The notes under the pieces are model-generated. The model saw nothing but the letters and a program-made list of their open reading frames with translations, ran no database searches and was not told the origin of the DNA. The translations under genes were made by a program, and so were the position numbers. DNA of 32,000 nucleotides, from positions 421,101-453,100 of the forward strand of contig OZ246409.1 in assembly GCA_965231035.1 (NCBI GenBank), read 5' to 3'. This document shows positions 24,526 through 32,000 of this stretch, piece after piece; the first letter of the stretch is position 1; the number at the start of each line of letters is the position of its first letter. Source of the stretch: an uncultured Muribaculaceae bacterium. GTDB lineage: Bacteria > Pseudomonadota > Alphaproteobacteria > Rs-D84.

Positions 24526-25584
24526 ATGCCAAGAACCAAGATTCTTTCCAAATTTCTGATGGGCAGATTTTTTGCAGGCGTCGGTATTGTTATGCTGGTT
24601 GTCTGCGGTATTATTTTTGCAATCACATTCGTAGAAAGATTACCACAAAATCCATCAGCTGGTTTGGCCATGTTGGATTCTTGGGTAAGATTATTGGAAT
24701 ATATTCCATTATTTTTGCCATTAGCAGTTTTTATGGGAACTCTTTTTGCGTCTTATAAACTTACTAAATCTTCGGAAAGTATTATTGTATCCAGTGCAGG
24801 ATTGTCACCTTATCAATCTGCACGCCCTTTTTTAATTGGTGCTGCTTTGATTGGAATATTAACAACAACTGTTATAAATCCATATTCTGTAAACTTATCT
24901 GGTAAAAACATAACTGCTGATAATTTTAGATTGGTTGATGAAACAATATGGTTGCGCGAATCATCAGACAGTGGAATTATAACAATACGCGCAAAGAATG
25001 TCGGCTTTGGTAATAAAACTTTGACCTTTAAAGATGTAACCGTATTCAAACAAGATATTAATTCCAAAGTACAAGAAAGAATAGAAGCCAAAAAAATAAG
25101 ACTTTCTGACAAGGGTTTGGATACCGATAATGCCAAGATATGGGATATTAACGGTGCACAAAAAATATCTTCTTGGCATTCTGATACTTTATTAAACCCA
25201 CAAACTGTTTTGGATAGATACTTGCAACCTAATCAAATATCTTTTTGGAAACTGCCCTTATTTATCCAAAAAATGGAAGGTATTGGTGCATCTGTTCGTG
25301 GACATTGGGTTCAATTCTGGACATTATTATTTATGCCGCTGACTATGATTGCTATGGCTGTTTTGGGCGTTGCTTTTTCACAAACAAAACAAAGAAGAAA
25401 TTACAGTTTTGGTATAAAATTCGGAATAGGAATTTTAACATGCTTTGTATTGTATTTTCTGACAAACTTGTTTAATGCTTTGGGTGCAACGGGTACATTC
25501 CCGGAATTTTTAGCTGTGGCTGCACCACCGTTGATAATTATTGCCTTGGCAGGCGTTTTTATCACAACATTTGACACTATATAA
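24526..25584 (+). CDS. LptF/LptG (YjgP/YjgQ) family LPS export permease
   Basis: 352 aa with three N-terminal TM helices, a central beta-jellyroll-like periplasmic segment and three C-terminal TM helices. The N-terminus ILSKFLMGRFF... is typical of the family. Confidence 0.75.
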   Translation: MPRTKILSKFLMGRFFAGVGIVMLVVCGIIFAITFVERLPQNPSAGLAMLDSWVRLLEYIPLFLPLAVFMGTLFASYKLTKSSESIIVSSAGLSPYQSARPFLIGAALIGILTTTVINPYSVNLSGKNITADNFRLVDETIWLRESSDSGIITIRAKNVGFGNKTLTFKDVTVFKQDINSKVQERIEAKKIRLSDKGLDTDNAKIWDINGAQKISSWHSDTLLNPQTVLDRYLQPNQISFWKLPLFIQKMEGIGASVRGHWVQFWTLLFMPLTMIAMAVLGVAFSQTKQRRNYSFGIKFGIGILTCFVLYFLTNLFNALGATGTFPEFLAVAAPPLIIIALAGVFITTFDTI

Positions 25585-25603
25585 TTTACCAAGGAAAAGA
25601 ACT

Positions 25604-25735
25604 ATGCCATTAAAAAAGAAACACGATTTACGTAACAAAATTATGCTTTGGACCATTGTTATTGTACTGTTGGTTCTGATGATAATATCATTTCCGCACA
25701 TACAAAACACAACCGAGATTGTGCTGTTCTCATGA
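25604..25735 (+). CDS. Candidate 43-aa single-TM small protein
   Basis: AAGGA lies 8 nt upstream of the ATG. The sequence is MPLKKKHDLRNKIMLWTIVIVLLVLMIISFPHIQNTTEIVLFS, a Lys-rich N-terminus followed by one TM helix. Its stop overlaps the xerD ATG (ATGA). Confidence 0.45.
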   Translation: MPLKKKHDLRNKIMLWTIVIVLLVLMIISFPHIQNTTEIVLFS

Positions 25736-26607
25736 ACTATATTGAAATATTCTTAGAAGCATTATCTGCTGAAAAAGGCCGCAGCAAAAAAACTTTAGAA
25801 AGCTATAACAGCGACTTGTTGCAGGCAGAAAACACCCTGGGTGATTTAAAAAATGTTTCAGCAGAAAATTTGCAAAAATATTTGGCAAACCTTCCTGACA
25901 AGGCTTCTTCTGTTGCACGCAAAGCAAGTTCTTTACGCGGTTTTTATAAATTTCTGATGTTGGAAAAAATAATCAAAGAAAATCCATCAATTGGTTTAGA
26001 GTTACCAAAAAGACAAAAGACTTTGCCAAAATTTTTATCAACCGAAGAAATTGATCTTTTGATTTCATCTGCCGGAGATATTAAAAATTCAACACGTTTA
26101 CGAGCGATGATAGAACTGTTGTATGCGTCAGGTTTACGCGTATCAGAACTGTGTGAGCTTCCCTTAACTGCTATATTGGGAAATAAACTTCTTATACATG
26201 GTAAAGGTGCCAAGGAACGCATGGTACCGATGCACCAAGGTGCAATTGATGCATTAAATAAATGGCTGGAAATATCATCACCAGAAAAAAATAAATCTGG
26301 TATAAAATATGTGTTTCCATCCAGTGGTAAAGATGGTCATATAACCAGAGATGGTTTTTTTAAAATATTAAAGAAGTGTGCTGTGTTGGCCGGGATTGAA
26401 CCAAAACGTGTAAGTCCCCACGTGCTTCGACATTCTTTTGCATCACATTTGTTGGCTGGTGGTGCGAACCTGCGCGCGATACAAACAATGCTGGGGCACG
26501 AAGATATTTCAACAACACAAATTTATACTCACGTCTTGCCATCAGCTTTGCGTGATGCAGTTGAACAACATCATCCGTTGGGGAAAAAACATGATAAAAA
26601 AATGTGA
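25732..26607 (+). CDS. xerD: Site-specific tyrosine recombinase XerD
   Basis: N-terminal FLEALSAEKGRSKKTLESYNSDL and the catalytic region HVLRHSFASHLL..GANLRAIQTMLGHEDISTTQIYTHV. I chose the start at 25732. Confidence 0.85.
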   Translation: MNYIEIFLEALSAEKGRSKKTLESYNSDLLQAENTLGDLKNVSAENLQKYLANLPDKASSVARKASSLRGFYKFLMLEKIIKENPSIGLELPKRQKTLPKFLSTEEIDLLISSAGDIKNSTRLRAMIELLYASGLRVSELCELPLTAILGNKLLIHGKGAKERMVPMHQGAIDALNKWLEISSPEKNKSGIKYVFPSSGKDGHITRDGFFKILKKCAVLAGIEPKRVSPHVLRHSFASHLLAGGANLRAIQTMLGHEDISTTQIYTHVLPSALRDAVEQHHPLGKKHDKKM

Positions 26608-27091
26608 TCACACGGGCTGCACCAAGGCTGGAATATGCCGTGCGCCAAAATCACGGGATTTGAAAGAATACTGGTTTTTCTGCAAAGATCATGCCGCGGA
26701 ATACAATAAGAATTGGAACTTTTACGAAAATATGACTTCTGAAGAAATTGAAGCTGACTGGGAAAAACAAACATTTGGCACCAGCTTAAAAGACAAAGAC
26801 AAGGCAAATAAAGAAAGTGCAGAATATGCAAATTTTATTAATGATTTTATAACTGGACGAACCAGATTTGATCATGTAGCCAGCGCAAAATCATTACCAT
26901 CGAAAATTGTTTCCGCATTAAAGGTTTTGGAATTGCCAATTTCAGCAACTTGGCGTGATGTTGGTAAAAGCTATCGTGCATTAGCAAAAAAACACCACCC
27001 AGATACCGCACATCATAAGAAGAATGCAGAAGTTGAATTTGCAAAAATAAACGAGGCTTATAAAATTTTGGAAAAACATTATAAAAAATAG
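26591..27091 (+). CDS. J-domain protein with Cys-rich N-terminus (C-terminal DnaJ domain)
   Basis: N-terminal CDHTGCTKAGICRAPKSR...YWFFCKDHAAEYNKNWNFY and a C-terminal J domain with KKHHPD and EFAKINEAYKIL. The start overlaps the xerD 3' end by 17 nt. Confidence 0.8.
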   Translation: MIKKCDHTGCTKAGICRAPKSRDLKEYWFFCKDHAAEYNKNWNFYENMTSEEIEADWEKQTFGTSLKDKDKANKESAEYANFINDFITGRTRFDHVASAKSLPSKIVSALKVLELPISATWRDVGKSYRALAKKHHPDTAHHKKNAEVEFAKINEAYKILEKHYKK

Positions 27092-27119
27092 AAGGCTTAA
27101 AAAAGCCTTCTATTTTTTT
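27089..27119. terminator. Bidirectional Rho-independent terminator between the J-protein gene and trxB
   Basis: agaaggctt-aaaa-aagccttct forms a 9-bp stem with a T7 run on the + strand and a T-run on the - strand. Confidence 0.85.
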
Positions 27120-28014
27120 ACAATTTAGTATTTATATAACCAATCGCATTTATCGCAGCCTCGCATCCAGTACCAACCGCAGTTGCAATCTGCATTTTGA
27201 TATTTGAATGAACGTCACCCGCAACAAACATACCATCTGGTAAACTTTCTGGTGCCAAACGCCCCATTTCATCACGTTTAATATCTTCTGATAAATAATC
27301 AGTATTTGCTTCGTGACCAATTGCAACGAAAACACCATCACATTCAATTTTCTTATCATCCAATGTCGTAGCTATCAGTTCTGTGCTTTCTAGCTTTGGG
27401 TGTATACTTTTCAATTCTGTATTAAAAACACATTCAATGTTTTTTTTGCTTTTGACGCGGTCTATCAATATCTTTTCTGCCCTGGTGAATGAACTGCCAC
27501 GATAAACAATTTTTACGGTTTTTGCCAAATCCGACAAATACAACGCATCATTCAAAGCTGAATTTCCACCGCCGATAACCAAAACAGTTTTGTCGTTATA
27601 AAAAAATCCATCGCAAGTTGCACAATAAGATACACCTTTACCAAACAATTCACGTGCACCATCAATCGTTAATTTTCTTGGGCTGGCACCTGTTGCAATA
27701 ATTACAACCTTGGAATTATATTTTTTCCCATCATCTGCCAAAACTGTAAAGCCCTTTTCACCGCCACCCGTAACAGACTTTGCAGATGAAAAAATAATTT
27801 CAGCACCAAAGCTGGTTGCTTGATTTTTCATAAACTCTGCCAATTCCATACCATTACCAGTCCAACCAGGATAATTTTCCAAAACTGCTATACTTGCAGT
27901 TTGTCCTCCTAACTTGTCACCACCCAATATAAGAGTCTTTTTACCCGCACGTGCAGTATAAAGTGCAGCTGTCAATCCAGCAGGTCCAGACCCCAGAATT
28001 ATAATATCATACAT
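27118..28014 (-). CDS. trxB: Thioredoxin-disulfide reductase
   Basis: GSGPAG FAD motif, redox-active CATCDG, and GGGNSA. GGAG RBS. Confidence 0.9.
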   Translation of the reverse strand: MYDIIILGSGPAGLTAALYTARAGKKTLILGGDKLGGQTASIAVLENYPGWTGNGMELAEFMKNQATSFGAEIIFSSAKSVTGGGEKGFTVLADDGKKYNSKVVIIATGASPRKLTIDGARELFGKGVSYCATCDGFFYNDKTVLVIGGGNSALNDALYLSDLAKTVKIVYRGSSFTRAEKILIDRVKSKKNIECVFNTELKSIHPKLESTELIATTLDDKKIECDGVFVAIGHEANTDYLSEDIKRDEMGRLAPESLPDGMFVAGDVHSNIKMQIATAVGTGCEAAINAIGYINTKL

Positions 28015-28344
28015 AAAATTGTCTCCATTTGTTGCTTTTCAGACACTGTCTTTCAGCATAACATAGATAAAATACCTATTCAAACTTATTTTTAACAAGA
28101 CAAACCTAGTTAAAATTTACAAAAAAACAACCCTTAGGGAATATTTTAGCATCGAATCTTCCATATATTCACATTAAAAATTAACAAAATTTGATAATGT
28201 CCTAATACATCTAATACAAACTTGTTTTTTGTGCAAAACTTGACTGATTCGTAACCTTGTGAATCACCCAGAAAAAGGCACCATTTTTAAGTCAAGTAGA
28301 AATTATTAAAAATGTTAAAAAAAAAATTCCTAAAACTATGTCTT

Positions 28345-28393
28345 TTACTATATATTGTGTCAGAACTGACAAAAATTACACTACCTGTTGATT
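28345..28393 (+). promoter_or_regulatory. Candidate tandem NrdR boxes overlapping a TATATT -10 element
   Basis: Box 1 (28345-28360, ttACTATATATTGTGT) matches 14/16 of the NrdR consensus acaCwAtATaTwGtgt as I recall it. Box 2 (28378-28393, ACACTAcctgTTGatt) is weaker at 11/16, with its start offset 33 nt from box 1. Confidence 0.45.
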
Positions 28394-28460
28394 TTGTGTT
28401 ATTGGAGAGGGCCCAAAAGCAACAGGAAACTAACATTATTAGATATTTAAGGGCGCCCAA

Positions 28461-30326
28461 ATGAACGAATCACTGAAGCTTTTATCCGATTTGACATATT
28501 ATATGAAGTACTCGAAATATATGCCGGATAAGAAGCGTCGTGAAACTTGGGAAGAAACTGTCCTTCGTAATAAAAATATGCACCTTTCCAGATTTCCACA
28601 GATTGCAAAGGAAATTGAAAAAGCTTATAAGCTTGTTATGGATAAGAAAATTCTGCCTTCTATGCGCTCTATGCAATTTGGTGGTGAAGCTGTAATAAAG
28701 AACAACGCGCGTATGTATAATTGTTCATCTGTTGGTATTGATTCTATATCAGCATTTTCAGATTTGTTCTATTTGCTTTTATGCGGCTGTGGCGTTGGAT
28801 TTTCAGTTCGCAAAAACTTTATTAAAAAATTACCAGCTTTGGCAAAACGTTCTGGAAATAAAAAGGTATTTACGCCAGAAGATTCTATTGAAGGTTGGGC
28901 AGATTGTTCACGTGAATTATTCAAGGCTTACTTTGAAACTGGTGACGATATTGAATTTGATTTATCAACCATTCGTCCCAAGGGTGCTTTGATAAAATCC
29001 AGTATGTGCTCTGCACCTGGACCAGAACCATTAAGAAATACTTTAGAAAATGTAAAAAAGTTGCTTGATAAAAAAGTTGCCAACAAGGAAAAGAAATTAA
29101 CTTCTTTGGATTGTTATGACACCTGTTGCTTTTTATCCGAAGCTGTATTGGCTGGTGGTGTACGTCGTAGTTCTATGATTTGTTTGTTTGATAAAGATGA
29201 CGAATTGATGCTGCATGCCAAAGAAGGTGAATGGTGGAAAGAAAACCCTCAACGCGCTTTATCAAATAATTCTGTTCAATTTGATCGTAATGATACAACA
29301 CGTGAAGATTTCGATAAAATATTTACTCAATGCCAGAATTCTGGTTGCGGCGAACCTGGTGTTGTTTGGACAAATGCAAAAGATTGGTTAGTAAATCCTT
29401 GCTGTGAAATTTCTATGCCATCACATGGATTTTGCAACTTAACATCTGTTAATTTTGGATCTGTTGAGTCCCAGGAAGATTTTAATGAACGTGCCTATTA
29501 TGCTTCTGTTTTGGGAACATTACAGGCTGCTTATACAAACTTTATATACATCGATCCAAAATGGAAGGAAGTTGCTGATAAAATGGCTTTGATTGGTGTT
29601 TCATTGACTGGTATTGCCTCGCACCCAGATTTGACCAAGTTAAATTTCAAAGAAGCTGTCGATTCTGTAAAGAAAGCCAATAGAAAAATTGCAAAGGCTA
29701 TTGGTATTAAAACAGCAGATCGCATGACAACTGTAAAACCAGATGGAACAGGATCTTTGGTTCTGGGAACATCCAGTGGCATTCATCCTTGGCATGCAAA
29801 ACATTATGTTCGCAGATTGCGTGTTAACAAAATGGAACCATTGTATGGTTATATGATTGAAAATTTCCCTGATTTGGTAAATGACGAAGAATTAAATCCA
29901 ACTAAAAATGGTGTTATTTCTTTGGTAATCAAGGCACCAGAAGGCGCAGTTACACGCAGATCCGAGACTGCTATTGAATTCTTGGAACGCGTAAAATACA
30001 TATACGAAAATTGGGTTGTTCCTGGACACGTACGTGGCAAGAACTATAACAATGTATCATGTACTTGTAATGTAAAGAATCATGAATGGGACGAAGTTCG
30101 CGAATGGATGTGGCAAAATCGTAATGAATACACAGGTATATCATTATTGCCTTATTCTGATGCAAATTATTTACAGGCCCCATTCGAAGATACAAATGAA
30201 GAAGTCTACAAAGCATTTTCTGAAAATGTTTGTGAACTGCATTTGGAAAGAATCGAAGAAGAAAAGAATTTTGTTAACTTTGGTGCATCGGTTGCTTGTG
30301 GTGGCGGCGGGTGTGAACTGGTATAA
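28461..30326 (+). CDS. nrdJ: Adenosylcobalamin-dependent ribonucleotide reductase, class II (compact monomeric-type)
   Basis: N-terminal TYYMKYSKY...KRRETWEETV, thiyl-radical loop NPCCEISMPSHGFCNLTSVNF, and a C-terminal redox tail CGGGGC (Cx4C, as in L. leichmannii RTPR). AAGGG RBS. Confidence 0.85.
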   Translation: MNESLKLLSDLTYYMKYSKYMPDKKRRETWEETVLRNKNMHLSRFPQIAKEIEKAYKLVMDKKILPSMRSMQFGGEAVIKNNARMYNCSSVGIDSISAFSDLFYLLLCGCGVGFSVRKNFIKKLPALAKRSGNKKVFTPEDSIEGWADCSRELFKAYFETGDDIEFDLSTIRPKGALIKSSMCSAPGPEPLRNTLENVKKLLDKKVANKEKKLTSLDCYDTCCFLSEAVLAGGVRRSSMICLFDKDDELMLHAKEGEWWKENPQRALSNNSVQFDRNDTTREDFDKIFTQCQNSGCGEPGVVWTNAKDWLVNPCCEISMPSHGFCNLTSVNFGSVESQEDFNERAYYASVLGTLQAAYTNFIYIDPKWKEVADKMALIGVSLTGIASHPDLTKLNFKEAVDSVKKANRKIAKAIGIKTADRMTTVKPDGTGSLVLGTSSGIHPWHAKHYVRRLRVNKMEPLYGYMIENFPDLVNDEELNPTKNGVISLVIKAPEGAVTRRSETAIEFLERVKYIYENWVVPGHVRGKNYNNVSCTCNVKNHEWDEVREWMWQNRNEYTGISLLPYSDANYLQAPFEDTNEEVYKAFSENVCELHLERIEEEKNFVNFGASVACGGGGCELV

Positions 30327-30352
30327 TATAAAATAGATAAAAGGGTTTTGTG

Positions 30353-30892
30353 ATGGCTCAGGTTACTACTAAATCAGGCGACACAGGAATGACTCAGCTG
30401 AATCCGAACAGGATTGCCAGCAAGACCCACCCTGTAATTGAGATTCAGGGCGCTATTGATGAATTAAGTTGTGCTTTGGGATTATCTGGGGACAAATTTG
30501 ATGGGATTCAAACATTCTTATCAGAACTTATGGGATACTTTTATTATAAAGCAATTGATGATCACCGTATAGCACAACAAATTTGGCAACTTGAAAATTA
30601 TATTTTAACTCATAATAATTCTATTCCTCCTTTCTTTGTAAACCCTCGTGGATATATTTCATTGGCCAGATCTATTTGCAGACGTGCAGAAAGACGTGTT
30701 GTAGAATTAATGGAATCCGAACGTAAATTACCTGAAATTGAAAGATATGGTATGAACCTGGCGCCAGTTATCCAATATTTAAACAGATTAAGTGATTATT
30801 TATTTGTGAAAAGTTTTGAACGTGCCGCAGCCCAACCGACATTATTTAAAGATGATTTAACCGAGGTTGAACCCAAAGCTGCAGTGGCATAA
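30353..30892 (+). CDS. PduO-type ATP:cob(I)alamin adenosyltransferase
   Basis: TKSGDTGMTQL...IEIQGAIDELSCALG, ARSICRRAERRVV and YLNRLSDYLFV are hallmark PduO-type motifs. I prefer the ATG at 30353 over the GTG at 30350. Confidence 0.88.
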   Translation: MAQVTTKSGDTGMTQLNPNRIASKTHPVIEIQGAIDELSCALGLSGDKFDGIQTFLSELMGYFYYKAIDDHRIAQQIWQLENYILTHNNSIPPFFVNPRGYISLARSICRRAERRVVELMESERKLPEIERYGMNLAPVIQYLNRLSDYLFVKSFERAAAQPTLFKDDLTEVEPKAAVA

Positions 30893-30905
30893 TCAGAGAA
30901 TATAT

Positions 30906-30928
30906 TGTCGGCATTTGCCGACATTTTT
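30906..30928 (+). terminator. Rho-independent terminator after nrdJ and the adenosyltransferase gene
   Basis: tgtcggc-attt-gccgaca forms a 7-bp stem followed by TTTTT. Confidence 0.8.
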
Positions 30929-31039
30929 ATTGAATTTTTCAAAATTATAATTTATAATCCGCATGTTATGAAAAAATATCTATATTCTATTAACTGTGCT
31001 TTATGCTCTATCTCATCCCCTTTGGGGATGTAATTTCTA

Positions 31040-31068
31040 TTGCGCGGACTTGCGCGCCAATCTATAAT
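31040..31068 (+). promoter_or_regulatory. Candidate serS promoter: -35 TTGCGC, 17-nt spacer, -10 TATAAT
   Basis: TTGCGC (31040-31045) and TATAAT (31063-31068) with exact 17-nt spacing. AAAGG RBS lies 7 nt before the ATG. Confidence 0.5.
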
Positions 31069-31109
31069 CAGTCTATAAAATTATTAATTTAAACCCAAAA
31101 GGTATAAAT

Positions 31110-32000
31110 ATGTTGGATATTAAATTTATTCGAGAAAATGCGGACATTGTAAAGAATGCATGTCGTGTAAAAGGATTTACGGATTACACTGATGAAATTC
31201 TGAAACTGGATGTCCATGTTCGTGAGCTTAAAACAATTACACAAACAAAAACCGCTGAAAAAAATAAGATAACTAAGGGAATTCCAACCTCTGCTGACAA
31301 GGCTACACTGGTTGCAAAGTCCAAGGCAATCGGCGAAGAAATTGCCAAAGATATGGCTGAACTGGTCGATAAAGAATCTGTGCTTAACGACCTGTTACAT
31401 CGTGTTCCACAAATTCCACATTCAGATGTTCCGGTTGGCCCAGACGATAAATCAAACGTTGAAGTCAAACGTGTTGGAAAACCAAAAAAGACAGATTTTA
31501 CACCACGTGCTCAATGGGATTTATTGGATATGAACGGATGGTGGATGCCTGAAAAAATTGCAGAGATTTGCGGTACTCGCACATATTGTTTAATTGGCGA
31601 AGCCGCTGAATTAGATTTGGCAATTCAAACATTTGTTATTCAAAAATTAATTGCCAAGGGATTCAAATTTGTTCAATGCCCTGCTATGACTAAACCACAG
31701 TCTGTATTTGACGCTGGCCATTTTATGGGATCTGATTTGTCTGTTATGAATAATGATGTATTTATGCTGACTGATACAGACAGATGCCTAGCTGGCACAG
31801 CTGAAGTTGTCTTGAATTCACTGCATTCAAATGAAATCTTGCCGGAAAACGCATTACCAATAAAATATGCTGGTTATAGTGAATGCTTCCGCAAAGAAGC
31901 CGGTGCCGCAGGACGCGATACACGTGGACTTGTTCGTTTTCATGAATTTCACAAGGTTGAACAGTACGTTTATTGCAAACCAGAACAATCTGACGAAATG
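31110..32000 (+). CDS. serS: Serine--tRNA ligase, partial (continues past the window end)
   Basis: Absent from the ORF track because no stop falls in the window. My translation gives MLDIKFIRENADIVKNACRVKGF..., an N-terminal coiled coil, ...LAGTAEVVL...GYSECFRKEAGAAGRDTRGLVRFHEFHKVEQY (class II motifs 2/3 context). Confidence 0.9.
   Translation, partial: MLDIKFIRENADIVKNACRVKGFTDYTDEILKLDVHVRELKTITQTKTAEKNKITKGIPTSADKATLVAKSKAIGEEIAKDMAELVDKESVLNDLLHRVPQIPHSDVPVGPDDKSNVEVKRVGKPKKTDFTPRAQWDLLDMNGWWMPEKIAEICGTRTYCLIGEAAELDLAIQTFVIQKLIAKGFKFVQCPAMTKPQSVFDAGHFMGSDLSVMNNDVFMLTDTDRCLAGTAEVVLNSLHSNEILPENALPIKYAGYSECFRKEAGAAGRDTRGLVRFHEFHKVEQYVYCKPEQSDEM

Noticed and set aside
25732-26607. Tyrosine recombinase as the integrase of a mobile element
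   Set aside because: The sequence matches housekeeping XerD along its full length. There is no adjacent tRNA, no flanking direct or inverted repeats, and no phage or transposon genes.
27118-28014. TrxB as an NADPH-independent TrxR-like flavoprotein
   Set aside because: The HRRxxxR region reads YRGSSFTRAE, so it is partly degenerate. The GGGNSA dinucleotide motif and CATC redox site are intact, so the evidence is too weak to call anything other than a conventional thioredoxin reductase.
28015-28460. Cobalamin riboswitch upstream of the B12-dependent nrdJ
   Set aside because: I looked for a B12-box-like element (AGYCMGGAGACCKGCC-type) and the GC-rich multi-helix core. The spacer is extremely AT-rich and contains neither. 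An Infernal scan with RF00174 would be decisive.
30929-31109. T-box leader upstream of serS
   Set aside because: I saw no T-box consensus (AGGGUGGNACCGCG-like) or specifier-loop architecture. The spacer is only 180 nt, and T-boxes are not expected in the inferred lineage.
31184-31533. Track ORFs 31184-31468(-) and 31312-31533(+)
   Set aside because: Both lie inside the serS reading frame, which the track missed because it runs off the window.
1-32000. CRISPR arrays, tRNA/rRNA genes, IS elements and long tandem repeats
   Set aside because: I scanned all intergenic spacers longer than 60 nt (1301-1463, 2873-2965, 11485-11558, 14818-14878, 17099-17152, 22160-22229, 24427-24525, 28015-28460, 30929-31109). 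I saw no cloverleaf-like GC-rich stems, no spaced direct repeats and no terminal inverted repeats. tRNAscan, Infernal or a CRISPR finder would be the formal check.

Overview
This is an AT-rich (about mid-30s % GC, estimated by eye), very gene-dense bacterial chromosomal window with many start/stop overlaps. The gene content suggests an alphaproteobacterium, probably a fast-evolving host-associated lineage; that placement is inference only. It rests on a MucR/Ros-type regulator, an RHH_4-type small protein, a C-terminal J-domain protein with a Cys-rich N-terminus, split SecD/SecF and a MutL with the endonuclease motif.

Most of the window is housekeeping: thrS (partial), gltX, trmB, a ybeY::lnt fusion, rarA, two beta-barrel OMPs, ftsK, a PAP2 phosphatase, an S41 peptidase homolog, secF, secD, yajC, mutL, greA, an lptF/G-family permease, xerD, trxB, class II RNR nrdJ with a PduO-type adenosyltransferase, and serS (partial).

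Three regions are not ordinary:
- 7106-9195 is a tightly coupled four-gene operon with toxin-immunity/conflict-system grammar: a membrane-tethered REase-fold-like protein, a minimal HNH-like protein, a SUKH/SMI1-KNR4-like protein and an RHH protein. It diverges from a DeoC-like protein that lacks the catalytic Lys.
- 1464-2872 is a terminator-bounded tandem array of four small signal-peptide-bearing, cysteine-rich paralogs with eukaryote-like Cys spacing.
- 9131-11122 is an in-frame YbeY-Lnt fusion.

Several enzyme homologs here appear to have lost catalytic or ligand residues (S41 Ser/Lys, DeoC-like Lys, MucR zinc ligands). I found no tRNA, rRNA, CRISPR array, transposase or prophage genes. 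All homology statements come from motif recognition by eye, not from database searches.
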